Assembly (NCBI RefSeq): GCF_963921235.1
Contig: NC_086107.1
Coordinates: 110,114,001-110,178,000, forward strand
Direction: 5' to 3'
DNA from: Mobula hypostoma
Taxonomy: Eukaryota
Length of the DNA stretch: 64,000 nucleotides
In this document: one piece after another, positions 13,456-26,879 of the stretch
How the letters are laid out: every line of letters begins with the position of its first letter
Position numbering within the stretch: the stretch's first letter is position 1
Program-made: the position numbers and the translations under genes
The notes under the pieces: generated by a model
Seen by the model: the letters and a program-made list of their open reading frames with translations, nothing else
The model's database searches: none
What the model was told of the DNA's origin: nothing

Positions 13456-14089
13456 TGTGTGTTGCCTTTTGAAGGTGACCTACTTTTCTGAGCAGTTTCT
13501 AAGGCAGAATCGAACAGCGTTTGAACAGTGGCCAATCATAAATTGGCAGCGAGAGAGGAGACGGCTCATACAGGTCGGCGAATGTGTATTAAAAAGCAGC
13601 GCTTCACAGGAGTTTCGGCCTTTGAACAGTGGTCTATCAGAGATCAGGATTCATTAGCAAGGGCAAGTAAAAATATGGCAAGCGGAGCGGCCATTGTTGG
13701 AGTGAAAAGAGTTAGAGTGGGGATTTGAGGTTTTAGCTCTTCAAGGTTTCAGCTGAGCCATTTGAACTGCCTGGTCCCATCAACCTGCACCCAAACCATA
13801 GCCCTCCATACCCCTGCCATCCATGTACCTATAAAGTGTTTGCATGCACCACATGAGGAAGTTAGTTATGTTGCCTACTCCAGGACTGCTTCATTGTATT
13901 TGCACTGAGATGCCTCTAAATTAAAAAAAGCAGATCAACTGACCCCTCTCTAGCCTTCCGTCCGTGGCCAAGTGTTGTTGCTAGTAAAGGATTAGGGACC
14001 CTGAGGGAGGTCACAGGCGGGGCTGTTTCTGTAACTGCTTGTAGGGCTATGGATACTGTGTGCTAATTTGCAATACATAATCCACATTA

Positions 14090-15590
14090 TCTCTCTGTTT
14101 CTATCTCTGGAAACACCAAACCCACTGACTCTCACAGCTACCTGGACTATGCCACTTCCCACCCTGTTACTTGTAAAAATGCCAACGCCTTCTCTCAATT
14201 CCTTTGCCTCTGCCGCACCTGCTCTCAGGATGAGGCATTTCATTCTAGAACAAAGGAGATGCCCTTCTTCAAAGAAAGGGGCTTCCCTTTCTCAGACATC
14301 AACGCTGCCCTCAATTACATCTCTTCCGTTTCACGCATGTCTGCCCTCACCCTAACCACACGCCATCCTAACAGGGATAAGGTTCCTCTTGTCCTTACCT
14401 ACCACCCCAGCAGCCTCTGCGTCCAGCACATAATTCTCTGTAACTTCTGCCATCTCCAATGGGATCCCACCACCAAGTACGTTTCCCTCCGCCCCACTTT
14501 CTGTTTCCATAGGGATCCCTCCCCACTGATACTTATTCTTGCAAGTGCCACACCTGCCCCTACATCTCCTCCCTCACTACCATTCAGGGCCCCAAACAAT
14601 CCTTCACCTGTGAGTCTGTCGGGGTCACCTGTTGTATCCGATGCTCCCGGTGTTGCCTCTTGTATATTGGTGAGACCTGGCATAGATTGGGAGACTGCTT
14701 CACTGAGCACCTATCTGCCAGAAAAAGCAGCATCTCCCAGTGGCCACTCATTTTAATCCCATTTCCCATTCCGACATATCCATCCATGGCCTGCTCTACT
14801 GTCGCGATGAGACCACACTCGGGTTGGAGAAGCAACACCTTATATTCTGGCACCATACATCAAAGTTGCTGGTGAACGCAGCATCTATAGGAAGAGGCGC
14901 AGTCGACGTTTCAGGCCGAGACCCTTCGTCAGGACTAACTGACGAAGGGTCTCGGCCTGAAACGTCGACACTCTTCCTTCAGTTAGTCCTGACGAAGGGT
15001 CTCGGCCTGAAACATCGACTGTGCCTCTTCCTATAGATGCTGCTTGGCCTGCTGCGTTCACCAGCAACTTTGATGTATGTTGCTTGAATTTCCAGCATCT
15101 GCAGAATTCCTGTTGTTTGACCTTATATTCTGTCTGGGTAGCCTCCAACCTGATGGCGTGAACATCAATTTCTCGACTTCCAGTAACGACAACCCCCCCC
15201 CCCCACCTCTTCCCTCTCTCACCTTATCTCCTTACCTGCCTATCGCCTCCCTCTGGTACACCGCCCCCTTTTTCTTTTTTCCATGGCCTTCTGTCCTCTA
15301 TCAGATTCTCCCTTCTCCAGCCCTGTATCTCTTTCACCAATCTACTTCCCAACTCTTTACTTCACCCCTCCCCCTCCCCCTCCCAGTTTCACCTATCATT
15401 TTGCGTTTCTCCGTCTCTCCTCCACCCCCTTACTTCTCTGACTCCTCATCTTTTTTCTCCAGTCCTGCCAAATGGTCTTGGCCCGAAATGTCGACTGTAC
15501 TCTTTTCCACAGATACTGCCTGGCCTGCTGAGTTCCTCCGGCATTTTGTGTGTGTTACTTGGATTTCCAGCATCTGCAGATTTTCCCTTG
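14090..15590 (+). mobile_element. Penelope-like element remnant (GIY-YIG) with a younger palindromic Penelope insert at 14850-15119
   Basis: FFKERGFP...VPLVLTYHP...YIGET..RLGDCFTEHL; inner insert flanked by 13-bp duplication accttatattctg (14837-14849, 15120-15132). Confidence 0.88.
14901..14936 (-). ncRNA. minimal type I hammerhead ribozyme motif in Penelope terminal repeat
   Basis: AGTC-CTGACGA-AGGGTCTCGGCCT-GAAA-CG-TC-GACT: CUGANGA and GAAA boxes, hairpin II, stem I AGTC/GACT, palindromic ACGT at helix III. Confidence 0.7.
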
Positions 15591-15756
15591 GTAATCCACA
15601 TGCTATTTTATTTTGCGTGTTAAGCACCCAAGGATCCACTGGAGGTTAACTTAAATAAACTTGTTCTTTTCCCACAAAATATCACTCACGATTCCTCTGT
15701 GGAAGTAATGGCAGTCCTGTAATTTAACACACATCTTTTAAATTTCAACTCACTTA

Positions 15757-16120
15757 CTGCCTGTTAGGCTGATGGCGTTTAGGGCGGGAATGAAGGTCTG
15801 TTCAGGGCTTCCTTCATCGTGTCAGTAGCTTCGTCTCGGTTTTCACTACTGTCAGTCATGCAAGTCTCAGGTGGAGGCTCAGGAATACCCAGAAGTATTC
15901 TCCATTGCTGTTTCTGTAACAGTTTTTGTTTGACCAGTCCTGAGCTGAACCCCTGGACCTGGAGGACTGGTGGACTACTGTAGGGTGACACTGTAGTGTC
16001 GACAAGGTAGAGCTCTGGCCTCTACCCTTTGACCTGTTTGGCATGGGGGACCCTATCAAGAGCCAGCCAACATCGTTCTCCAATGACTGAGGCACGCAAG
16101 GTTGTGGTCCTCTTGGAGGT
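15757..16120 (-). mobile_element. short internally deleted RTE-derived element (further copies at 45788-46107 and, partial, 11940-12130)
   Basis: Shared 3' end ...GCTGCCCTAAACGCCAGTGGCGTAACAGGCA and 5' end GAGGATCACAGCCTTGTTGTGG, resembling the RTE/BovB 5'UTR. Confidence 0.65.
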
Positions 16121-16409
16121 TTGAAGTTCGAGTTTAATTATCATTCAACCATACATGCATATAGCCAAACGAAACAGCGTTCCTTCAGGGCCAAGCTGCA
16201 AAACACATTACCAACAGCACATAGCATAAATAGCACATATGGTAATGACTTCAGAAAAACAGAGTCACAAAGGAGGAAAAAAATAACATAATCCAAGTTC
16301 CTGAGTGGCATGATTGTAGATTTATGGGATATTATCCTGCTCCTGCTTGTTCTTCCACTGTGTGAGCACTAGAGGGGAGCACAGAGCAAACACTGGAGTG
16401 AAGGTTTAG

Positions 16410-16876
16410 GTCAGTGATTCCCAGTGGGGCCAGTTATGTGTCCTAAGAGGGCATTAGGGGAAGTAGAAGTTGTCGGGGGGGGGGGGTGTTCAGGATTCTT
16501 GGTGGGGGGGCAGTAAGCGGTACCCTAACGTGAGGCACGAGACCTGACCAACCATGTCAAGTCGCTGCCGTCGTCAATATCCGATACGCATTCCCAGTTT
16601 GTGTTCATTTTTTAATTTTAATTTAGCTCCATTAATGATGGATAAATAGGTACGGCGAGATCTCTGGGTCTGAGGGCTGCGAAGCCTTGAATTCTAACCC
16701 TGCTACGAAACAGAAACTACAGAAAGTGTGTCAGTGTTACACACCCGGAGTATGTTTTTATTCCATTCCTGTCAGATCCGCGACGCCCCATGTGTCTTAT
16801 TTGTAAGACTCTACCATTAAATGAAGCCATGAAACCATCAAAATTGCAGGAATACTTCCATAAAAAATACTACTTA
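16410..16876 (+). mobile_element. hAT (Buster/Charlie-type) transposon remnant, interrupted by the Tc1 element
   Basis: PMCLICKTLPLNEAMKPSKLQEYFHKKY (BED-finger region of Buster transposases); begins cagtgattccca. Confidence 0.7.
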
Positions 16877-18337
16877 CAGTGCCTACAAGAAGTATTCACC
16901 TACCACCCCGCCCCCCCCCCCCGGGAAGTTATCATGTTTCACACACAAAAAATGCTGGTGAACGCAGCAGGTCAGGCAGCATCTATAGGAAGAGGTACAG
17001 TCAACATTTCGGGCCCGGACCCTTCGTCTCTTCTTTCAGTTAGTCCTGACGAAGGGTCCCAGCTGTGTGTGTTGCCTGAATTTCCAGCATCTGCAGATTT
17101 CCTCGTGTTTGAGTTTTCATGTTAATTTGGTTTTTTTGACACTGATCAACAGAAAAACTCTTTCGTATCAAAGCGAAAACAGATCTCTACAAAATTAACT
17201 AAATTAACCACAAATATAAAACACAAAATAATTGATTGCATAAGTATTCAGCCACTTTTAATATGACACAGCAAATCAGCATTGGTGCAGTCAACAGGAT
17301 TTAGAAGTCACATAATTAACTGAGGTGTTTCAATTGATTGTAGTAAAAATACACCTGTATCTGGACGGTCCAACTGCTGGTGAGTCAGTATCCTGGCAAA
17401 AACTACACCATGAAGACAAAAGAACACTCCAAGCAACTCCGCAAAAAGGTTATTGAAAAGCACAAGTCAGGAGATGAATACAAGAAAATCTCCAAGTCAC
17501 TGAATATCCCTGGAAGTCGATCGTCAAAAACTGGAAAGAATATGGCACAGCTGTAAATCTGCCAAGAGCAGGCTGCCCTCAAAAACTGAGTGACCGTTCA
17601 AGAAGGGGACTAGTGAGAGAGGCCACCAAGAGACCTGTGACAACTCTGGAGGAGTTACAAGCTTCAGTGACTGAGATGGGAGAGACTGCGCCTACAACTG
17701 TTACCCGGGTGCTTTCACCAGTCGCAGCTTTATGGGAGAGCGGCAAAGCAAAAGCGACTGTTGGAAAAAAAACTCACATGAAATCTCGGCATGTGCAAGA
17801 CAGACTCAGAAGTCAGCTGGTAGAAGGTTCTATGGCCTGATGAAACCAAAATTGAGCTTTTTGGCTGTCAGACTAAACGTTACGTTTGCTGTAAGCCAAA
17901 CACCGCACATCATCAAAGACACACCACCCCTACCGTGTAGCCTGGTGGTGTCTGCATCATGCTGTGGGGATGCTTCACTGCAGCAGGCCCTGGAAGGCTC
18001 GTGAATTCAGAGGGTAAGATGAATGCAGCAAAATCCTGGAGGAAAACCTGATGAAATTTGCAACTCTCAAGGCTGTAATTGCTGCCAAAGGCACACCTAC
18101 TAAATACTGACTTGAAGGGAGTGAGTAATTTATGCAATCAATTATTTTGTGTTTAATAATTAATAAATTTAGACCAATTTGTAGGAATTTGTTTTCACTT
18201 TGACATGAAAGAGTCTTTTTTCTGTTGATCAATGTCAAAAGAGCAAAATTAAATCCACTGTGATTCTATGTTGTCAAACAATAAAACATGAAATTTTCTG
18301 GGGGGGGGGAGAAGAGTGAATATTTTTACAGACACTG
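16877..18337 (+). mobile_element. Tc1/mariner DNA transposon, defective
   Basis: TA|CAGTG...CACTG|TA ends, long (~200 bp) imperfect TIRs, transposase remnant from 17410 MKTKEHSKQLRKKVIEKHKSGDEYKKISKSLNIP with frameshifts and deletions. Confidence 0.92.
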
Positions 18338-19640
18338 TATGGTATTACCAAGTTTCGGAAGATGAAAGAAACATTTGAAAAGTGTTGCACATTTGGTGAT
18401 ATAAGAACACAAGAAGTAGGAGCAAGAGTAGGCCATCTGGCCCGTCGAGCCTGTTCCACCATTGAATAAGATCATGTACTGTAGACAGCAATTTAACTGG
18501 CTGCATCACTGTCTGGTATGGGGGGGGGGGGGTGGTGGCTACTGCACAGGATCAAAATACTGTAAGCTGCAGAGAGATGTAACCTTAATCAGCTCCATCA
18601 TGGGCCTGCCTCTGCAATATCCAGGACATCTTCAAAGACTAGTACCTCAAAAAGGTGGCATCCATCATTAAGGACCCCAATCACCCAGGTCATGCCCTGT
18701 TCTCATTGCTACCATCAGGAAGGAGATACAGGAGCCTGAAGTCACACACTCAGTGATTCAGGAACAGCTTCTTCCCCTCTGTCACTCGATTTCTAAATAG
18801 ACACTAAACCCATGAACACTACCTCACTACTTTTTTATTTCTATTTTTGCATACTTATTTAACTATTTTATTTATGTACTTACTGTAATTGTTTATTTTC
18901 ATTATGTATTGCATTGTACTGCTGCTTCAAAGATTACAAGTTTCACGACATATGCCGGTGATATCAAACCTAATCCTGATTCAAGCCACACTACCCAGCA
19001 ACTCCCAATTTCACCCTAGCTTAATTACAGGATGACTTACAATGACCAATTAACCTGTTACTCGGTAGATCTTTGGACTGTGGGAGGAAACTGAAGCACC
19101 CGAAGGAAACCCACACTTTCCATACAGAGGATTTCATATCGTGTCGTGCTAACTGCTACGCTCCATGGTGCACAAACAAAACTGTAAACTTCACCAGTCA
19201 GCTCAATGGTTCAATTGCCGAAAGACAATTTTTTAATCAGAAGTTGGAACTTCATTATGTTAGGATGCAAACAAAATACATAAACCATGTACTTTTGTGT
19301 CATTTGTATGTTGGCAATCCATTGAATAAGTATCATTAATGCGCAGGAAGTATTTTCCCACATCTTTCCTCCCTTTGACTTTGATAGGAAAGAGAGCCCA
19401 CAGAACCATGTTTATTGAATGTTGCTGCAACAAAGGTTTTCATTGGATGTGTGCATAAATGTACTTGCATATACGACAATAAACTCAACTTCAACTTTAA
19501 TTACAATGGAGGTGGAATAGGAGCCTTAGGTCCCATACCACCAGGTTCAGAAACAGATATTGCCCTACAACCATCAGGTTCCTGAACCAGCATGGATAAG
19601 TTCACCAACTCAACTCTGAACTGATTCCATAACCTATGGA

Positions 19641-19779
19641 AACAACAGGAATTCTGCAGATGCTGGAAATTCAAGCAACACACATACAAGTTGCTGGTGA
19701 ATGCAGCAGGCCAGGCAGCACCTCTAGGAAGAGGTGCTGCCTGGCCTGCTGCGTTCACCAGCAACTTTTATGTGTGTTG
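19641..19779. mobile_element. palindromic Penelope terminal-repeat insertion
   Basis: Inverted arms around loop agga; 14-bp duplication ccataacctatgga (19627-19640, 19780-19793). Confidence 0.85.
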
Positions 19780-20219
19780 CCATAACCTATGGACTCATTT
19801 TCAAGGACTCTACAACTCAAGTTCTCAATATTATCCATTACTTTTTTTTGTATTTACAGTTGATCTTTTGCACATTGCTTGTTTTCCTAGCTTTTCATCG
19901 ATCTGTGTTTATTTGTACCTACTGTGAATGCTTGCAAGAAAATGAATCTCAGGGTAATATATGGTGACATATATTTGATAATAAACTTACTTTGAACGTT
20001 TTACAGTTTGTGGAGGGACAAGATCTAGTTTTAGAGCATCCATTTGGAAATTGTGTGTGGCAGGGGCTTAGTCAAGGGAGGATGGGCACCAAGTTCAACT
20101 TCAGCAAACTTCAGAATACTGTATTTCCACTGAGATACCTCAGCTAACTGTAAATTAAAAATGACAGGTATACTGAAGCCCACTCTAGGCTTCCATCCTA
20201 CTTCCTCACATTGTCAATG

Positions 20220-20655
20220 TACACTCAGTGGCTATTTTATTAGGTACACCCGCTCATTAAGGCAGCTGTCTAATCAGCCAATCATGTGACAGCAACTCAT
20301 TTCCATAAAAGCATGCAAACATGGTCAAGAGGTTCAGTTGTTGTACAGACCAAACATCAGAATGGGGGAAAACATGATCTAAATGACTTTGACCACGGAA
20401 AGATTGTCGGTGCCAGATGGGGTGTTTTGAGCATCTCAGAAGCCGCTGATCTCCTGGGATTTTCATGCACAAGTCTCTATAGAGTTTACAGAGAATGGTG
20501 CAAAAAAAAACATCCAGTGAATGGTGGTTCTGTGGGCATAAATGCCTTGTTAATGAGAAAGGTCAGAGGACAATGGCCAGACTGATCCAAGCTGACAAGA
20601 GGGTGGCAGTTACTCAAATAATTCAAAGGTACCTAATAAAGTGACCACTGATTGC
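20220..20655 (+). mobile_element. non-autonomous Tc1-like element (second copy at 31461-31983)
   Basis: TIRs cactcagtggc(c/t)a(c/t)tttattaggtac ... gtacctaataaagtga(c/t)cac(t/c)ga; HTH remnant DLNDFDHGKIVGARWGVLSISEAADLLGFS. Confidence 0.85.
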
Positions 20656-21920
20656 ACATGCAAACTTGAGGTTCATCTCTGGAACATTTCACTGATGAGA
20701 ACTCAAGCTATTCTACCCTACTCCAAACAGATCAGCCTTTTTTTCTTGGCATTCTCACCCTAAATGCTCCTAGAAAGAGCAACACGTTTTTAAAAAAATA
20801 ACTAAAGCATACGCTGATCAAAAAGCGAAGAACTGTAGGTACTGGAGGTCTAAAAAGACTGACGTGGCCAGTCTCAGGTCAGGCAGCATCTGTAAAGTGA
20901 CGTTTTCTCTTCAACGATTGCCTGATCAAAAATTAATTACAGGCTCCATTGGCATGGCTGCAGAAGGCAAGACAGATAGCATAGCAGCTAGAGTAATGCT
21001 TTACAACACGCCAGCTGTAAGACCGGGGTTTAATTTCTGTAAGGAGTTTGTATGTTCTCCCTGTGACCACTTGGGTTTCCTCCGGGTGCTCCAGTTTCTT
21101 CCCACATTCCAAAGAATTTACAGAACATTGTGGGCATGACATATTGGCTTCCCCCAGCACATCGCTGCCGCATTTCAATGTACGTTTCGATGTATATATG
21201 ACAAATAGAGCTAATCTTCCAAACAGCGATAAAAGCAGTATCATGTGCGCCGGAAATAGGACCAGGCAAAAAATTCCAGAAATAACAGCCATAAATTATG
21301 TTATGGTAGCATAGCAGTTAAAAGTGGCGCTGCAACAGTTTGGGGTGTCAGAGTTTGGAGTTCAATTCTGGCCTCCTCTGTAAGGAGCCTCTGTATATTC
21401 TCCCTGTGAAATATACGAGTTTTCTCCCACAGTCCAAAGTTGTACCAGTTAGTAGGTTAATTGGTTATTGTAAGTCACCCCACGTTTAGGTTAGGCTTAT
21501 ATCAGGGTGTTGGGAGTTGCTGGGTGTCATAGCTGAAGGGCCAAAGGGGCTTATTTCGCACTGTATTTCTAAATTTTAAAAAAATGAAACAAGCCATCAA
21601 GTGTTGGTTTCTCCTGATCCTATTTTTCAGCGCTTGGCACCATGCCAAAATATTTAAATGTTACCTGAATACTTGAATATCTTGACAGTACCTGCCTTCA
21701 GCTTTCACTCAGGCAAAGTTTCAGGTTCAAACACATTCTGGGTTTAAAAAAAATCTTCCCCAACACTTCTGTCTTCTACCGTCTTTCCCTCTAGTTATCA
21801 ACACCTCTGTCTATCACTATCTACCCTATCCTATCTATACCCTCAGTTTTATATACCTCAATCAGCACCCCCTCTCCCAAGCATCAACTGTCCTGAGGCA
21901 AACAAACCCAGCCGATTCAG

Positions 21921-23221
21921 GCAACACACATAAAAGTTGCTGGTGAACGCAGCAGGCCAGGCAGCATCTCTAGGAAGAGGTACAATCAACGTTTCGGGCC
22001 GAGACCCTTCGTCAGGACTAATTGAAGGAAGAGCTAGTAAGAGATATGAAAGTGGGAGGGGGAGGGGGAGATCCAAAATGATAGGAGAAGACAGGAGGGG
22101 GAGGGATGGAGCCAAGAGCTGGACAAGTGATTGGCAAAAGGGATATGAGAGGATCATGGGACAGGAGGCCCAGGGAGAAGGAAAAGGGGGGGGGGAAGCC
22201 CAGAGGATGGGCAAGTGGTATAGTGAGAGGGACAGAGGGAGAAAAAGGAGAGAGAGAGAAAGAATGTGTGTGTATATAAATAAATAACGGATGGGGTACG
22301 AGGGGGAGGCGGGGCATTAGCAGAAGTTAGAGAAGTCAATGTTCATGCCATCAGGTTAGAGGCTACCCAGACGGAATATAAGGTGTTGTTCCTCCAACCT
22401 GAGTGTGGCTTCATCTTTACAGTAGAGGAGGCCGTGGACAGACATATTGGAATGGGATGTGGAATTAAAATGTGTGGCCACTGGGAGATTCTGCTTTCTC
22501 TGGCAGACAGAGCATAGGTGTTCAGCAAAACGATCTCCCAGTCTGCGTTGGGTCTCGCCAATATTTAGAAGGCCACATCGGGAGCACCAGACGTAGTATA
22601 TCACCCCAGCCGACTCACAGGTGAAGTGTTGCCTCACCTGGAAGGACTGTTTGGGTGGTGGTAAGGGAGGAAGTGTAAGGGCAGATGTAGCACTTGTTCC
22701 GCTTACAAGGATAAGTGCCAGGATAGAAGATCAGTGGGGAGGGATGGGGAGGGACGAATGGATAAGGGAGTCGTGTAGGGAGCGATCCCTGCGGAAAGCG
22801 GGGGGGAGGGGGATCCCATTGGAGGTGGCGGAAGTTATGGAGAATAATATGTTGGAGCCGGAGGCTAGTGGGGTGGTAGGTGAGGACCAGGGGAACCCTA
22901 TTCCTAGTGGGGTGGCGGGAGGACGGCGTGAGAGCAGATGTGCGTGAAATGGGGGAGATGCGTTTGAGAGCAGAGTTGACGGTGGAGGAAGAGAAGCCCC
23001 TTTCTTTAAAAAAGGAGGACATCTCCCTCGTCCTGGAATGAAAAGCCTCATCCTGAGAGCAGGTGCTTACTAGCTCTTCTTTCAGTTAGTCCTGACGAAG
23101 GGTCTCGGCCCGAAACATTGACTGTACCTCTTCCTATAGATGCTGCCTGGCCTGCTGCATTCACCAGCAACTTTTATGTGTGTTGCTTGAAATTCCAGCA
23201 TCTGCAGACTTCCTTGTGTTT
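21921..23221 (-). mobile_element. Penelope-like element (3' RT region plus GIY-YIG) with an inverted terminal repeat at 23066-23221
   Basis: ORFs 22615-23022 and 22356-22637: VPLVLTYHP, CKRNKCYIC, VIYYVWCSRCGLLNIGET..RLGDRFAEH; terminal repeat present at both ends in opposite orientation. Confidence 0.92.
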
Positions 23222-25060
23222 ACCTCTTCAGAGAAAACATTTTGACTGTGCTGCAAATACCAAGGGAAACCTTCTGATCCACAGCATCTGCATACTTGGA
23301 AAAAGTGAAATTTATGTCACGTTTTCCCTGCTGTTTGAGGGAGGAACTTGAATACCGAAATGATTGCTTCTTGGTTAAGTTACTGAACTAGACAATGGAG
23401 ATCTGCACTGTTGATGTAGTAACAACAGCTTGAATCTCTTCATGGTACAGGGAACTTAAATTCAAGAAATTTAATTTTAAATTTAAGTACAAGTTCTTAA
23501 GAGCCTGAAGCCACACACTCAACATTTTAAGTTTCTGCCATCAGATCTCGGAATGGTCCATGAACACCATATTCCCCACTTTTTGCACGACTTATTTATT
23601 TTTTTTATATTTCTTATTGTAACAGTAATTTTTCTATTTATTGCATGCACTGAGGCCACACAGCAGCATTTTAACAACACATCAGTGATAACAAACTTGA
23701 TTCTGATTAGCCTGCAATTTAATAACAGTAACCGTGATACCGGACTCTTATGAAAACCCAGTCTGGATCACGAATATTCACCGTGCCAATATTACACAAG
23801 CTGGCCTGCATGCAAATCCTGTTGTCACTTCTGGTTCGCATTGCCCACTGGGAATTGAAGTTCTTTATTATGTACACATGCAATACACATCTTCCCCCTT
23901 TTAGGAAATCTAAACACAATACTTTGTCCTCATAAGCCTGCAAGAAACAATAATGCTTTCCAACAAAGATATTTACATCAGCTTCAATTGTAATGGCCAA
24001 ATACAGTCTCTTATTCACTCATCAACTCTCAATCAGTCTCTGACCCAAAATATAGGCCAGTACTCTCACATTCAATTAATGGTTAAAGTGCGGACCCATA
24101 CCAGAACCACAGATACTGTATGGAAAATGCAATGCGTCAGACAGGTAGGCTCCACCATGGGTATTTAAAACTGCCCAGCGCATCACTGGCACCAGCTGAC
24201 CCACCATCAAGGATATACATATAGAAAGGTGCTGGAAAAGGGCCAGTAATATCATGGAAGATTCCACACACTCTGCTCATGGACTGTTTGTCCTACTCCC
24301 ATCATGGAAGAGGCTACATAACATCCACGCAGGACCTACAGACTCAAAAAGACATTTCCACAAGCAGCAAGGTTGATCAACACCTCCACCACTACTTTAC
24401 TATTTCCCATCAGCCGTCCTATGTACAGCCTAGTGTCACTTTATGGACATACTGCACAAACAATGAATAAGATACAAGGTATCTTATGTACTTATGTTCG
24501 TTTTTAAAATACAGCTATAGATATAACTGAAGCATTAACTGTGCTTCCCTTTCCTCTGGTGACACTTCCAACATTTATTTCAAATTTCCAGCATCCATGA
24601 TATTCAAAACAAATAGTTTACTGATGTAGACCATTGGATCGACAAGTCATTATTGGAAGGCATTTAACCCAGATATTTTCTCTTTAACCTGCTGGCTACA
24701 AACTTTACCACAACAGCTTAGGTCTCCTTTAAATTTTAAATAATTTAACTTGTATTCTGACAGGCTGCATCACCATCTGGTATGGGGGTGACGGCAACTG
24801 CAAAAGATTGAAGTAAATTGCAGAAACTTGTAAAATTAGTTTGCTCCACCATGGGTACTAGCCTCCATAGTCTCCAAGACATCTTCAAGGAGTGGTGCCT
24901 TAGGAAGGCGGAGTCTATCATTAAGGACCCCCACCACCCAGGACATGCTCTCCTCTCATTGTTACCATGAGAAAGGAGGTACAGAAGCCTGAATGCACAC
25001 ACAGAGCAATTCGGGAACAGCTTCTTCCAGCCATCTGATTTCTAAATGGACATTGAAACA

Positions 25061-25088
25061 AACACACACACACACACACGCACACACA
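25061..25088. repeat. (CA)n microsatellite
   Basis: aacacacacacacacacacgcacacaca. Confidence 0.9.
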
Positions 25089-25711
25089 GTAATTGTTTTT
25101 TTCTCTCTACCGTAAAGTTAACAATTTTCATGACATATGCTGGTGTCATTAAAACCTGATACTGAGTTCTGTGACTTCACATTTTCCTTGGAATTTACTA
25201 CAATGTAACAGGGTTCTGGCTCCACGGATTTTTTATATTTCACAGGGAATATAAAAATACATGCAGATGCTGGAATTCTGAAATAAAATCAGAAAATGCT
25301 GGGAACATTTAACAGATCAAGCAACGTCTGTATAAAGAGAAACTGTTCTAGACCGAACATAAAATATTAACGATATTTCTCTGTCAACAGATTCTGCTCG
25401 TCCCACTGAATGTTTCCAGCATTTTCTACTTATATTCATTTCAGAGTCAGAAACCCAAAAGGAATGTGTGCAAAATGAGAAGTTACAGCTTAAAATCCCA
25501 CGCACATTTGTGAGGGTCCTGTTGAAGTGGAAAGGCATCTCACACAATCTTGAAGTCAAGTGGAAGGAAATTTTCATTGAACTGCTGCTTGATTTTACTT
25601 TTTAATCTTTAGTGTGTACATTCCTTTTAAGATGCAGCCCGTGATAATCCTGGAAATTCATTGTTAAAAAAAAAAATCAGCAGAAAGTGTAACTGGACCA
25701 ATCAAATTGGC

Positions 25712-25770
25712 TTTATTAACTGTTGCAATTTTGAAAACTTCCTTCCAAACTTTTCAAACTCATTTTTATT
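25712..25770 (-). terminator. candidate polyadenylation signals of MIEF1 (AATAAA at 25765-25770 and 25712-25717)
   Basis: tttatt hexamers on + strand 300-360 nt past the stop, in AT-rich unique sequence. Confidence 0.35.
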
Positions 25771-26072
25771 TTACATCTTTATATTTTGTGCATTAGTGGG
25801 GAAATATAGATTTCATATTTGGCTTACTAAAGGACAATTTAGCTCCCAGCCCAAGCTTAATTCCTTCTGATACCCCAGATCTGTAAATAACATTGAAACT
25901 TTTTCCTCAACATCATTTCCATGCAACTTGCAATAATTACAGATTTAGGAAATGCAGAACACAGTCATCGAGTCAATGGGGTTATTAAATGTTTAACAGC
26001 TGTCTAACTGTTGTCTGGAGAAGCCTGATAACTATCAAGTATGAATCTATGTGAGCCGACCTCAAACCTAAT

Positions 26073-26879
<807 letters not shown>

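Noticed and set aside
14850..15119. CRISPR-like repeat array
   Set aside because: Repeats are in mixed orientation without regular unique spacers, occur dispersed in Penelope elements, and the DNA is vertebrate with no cas genes
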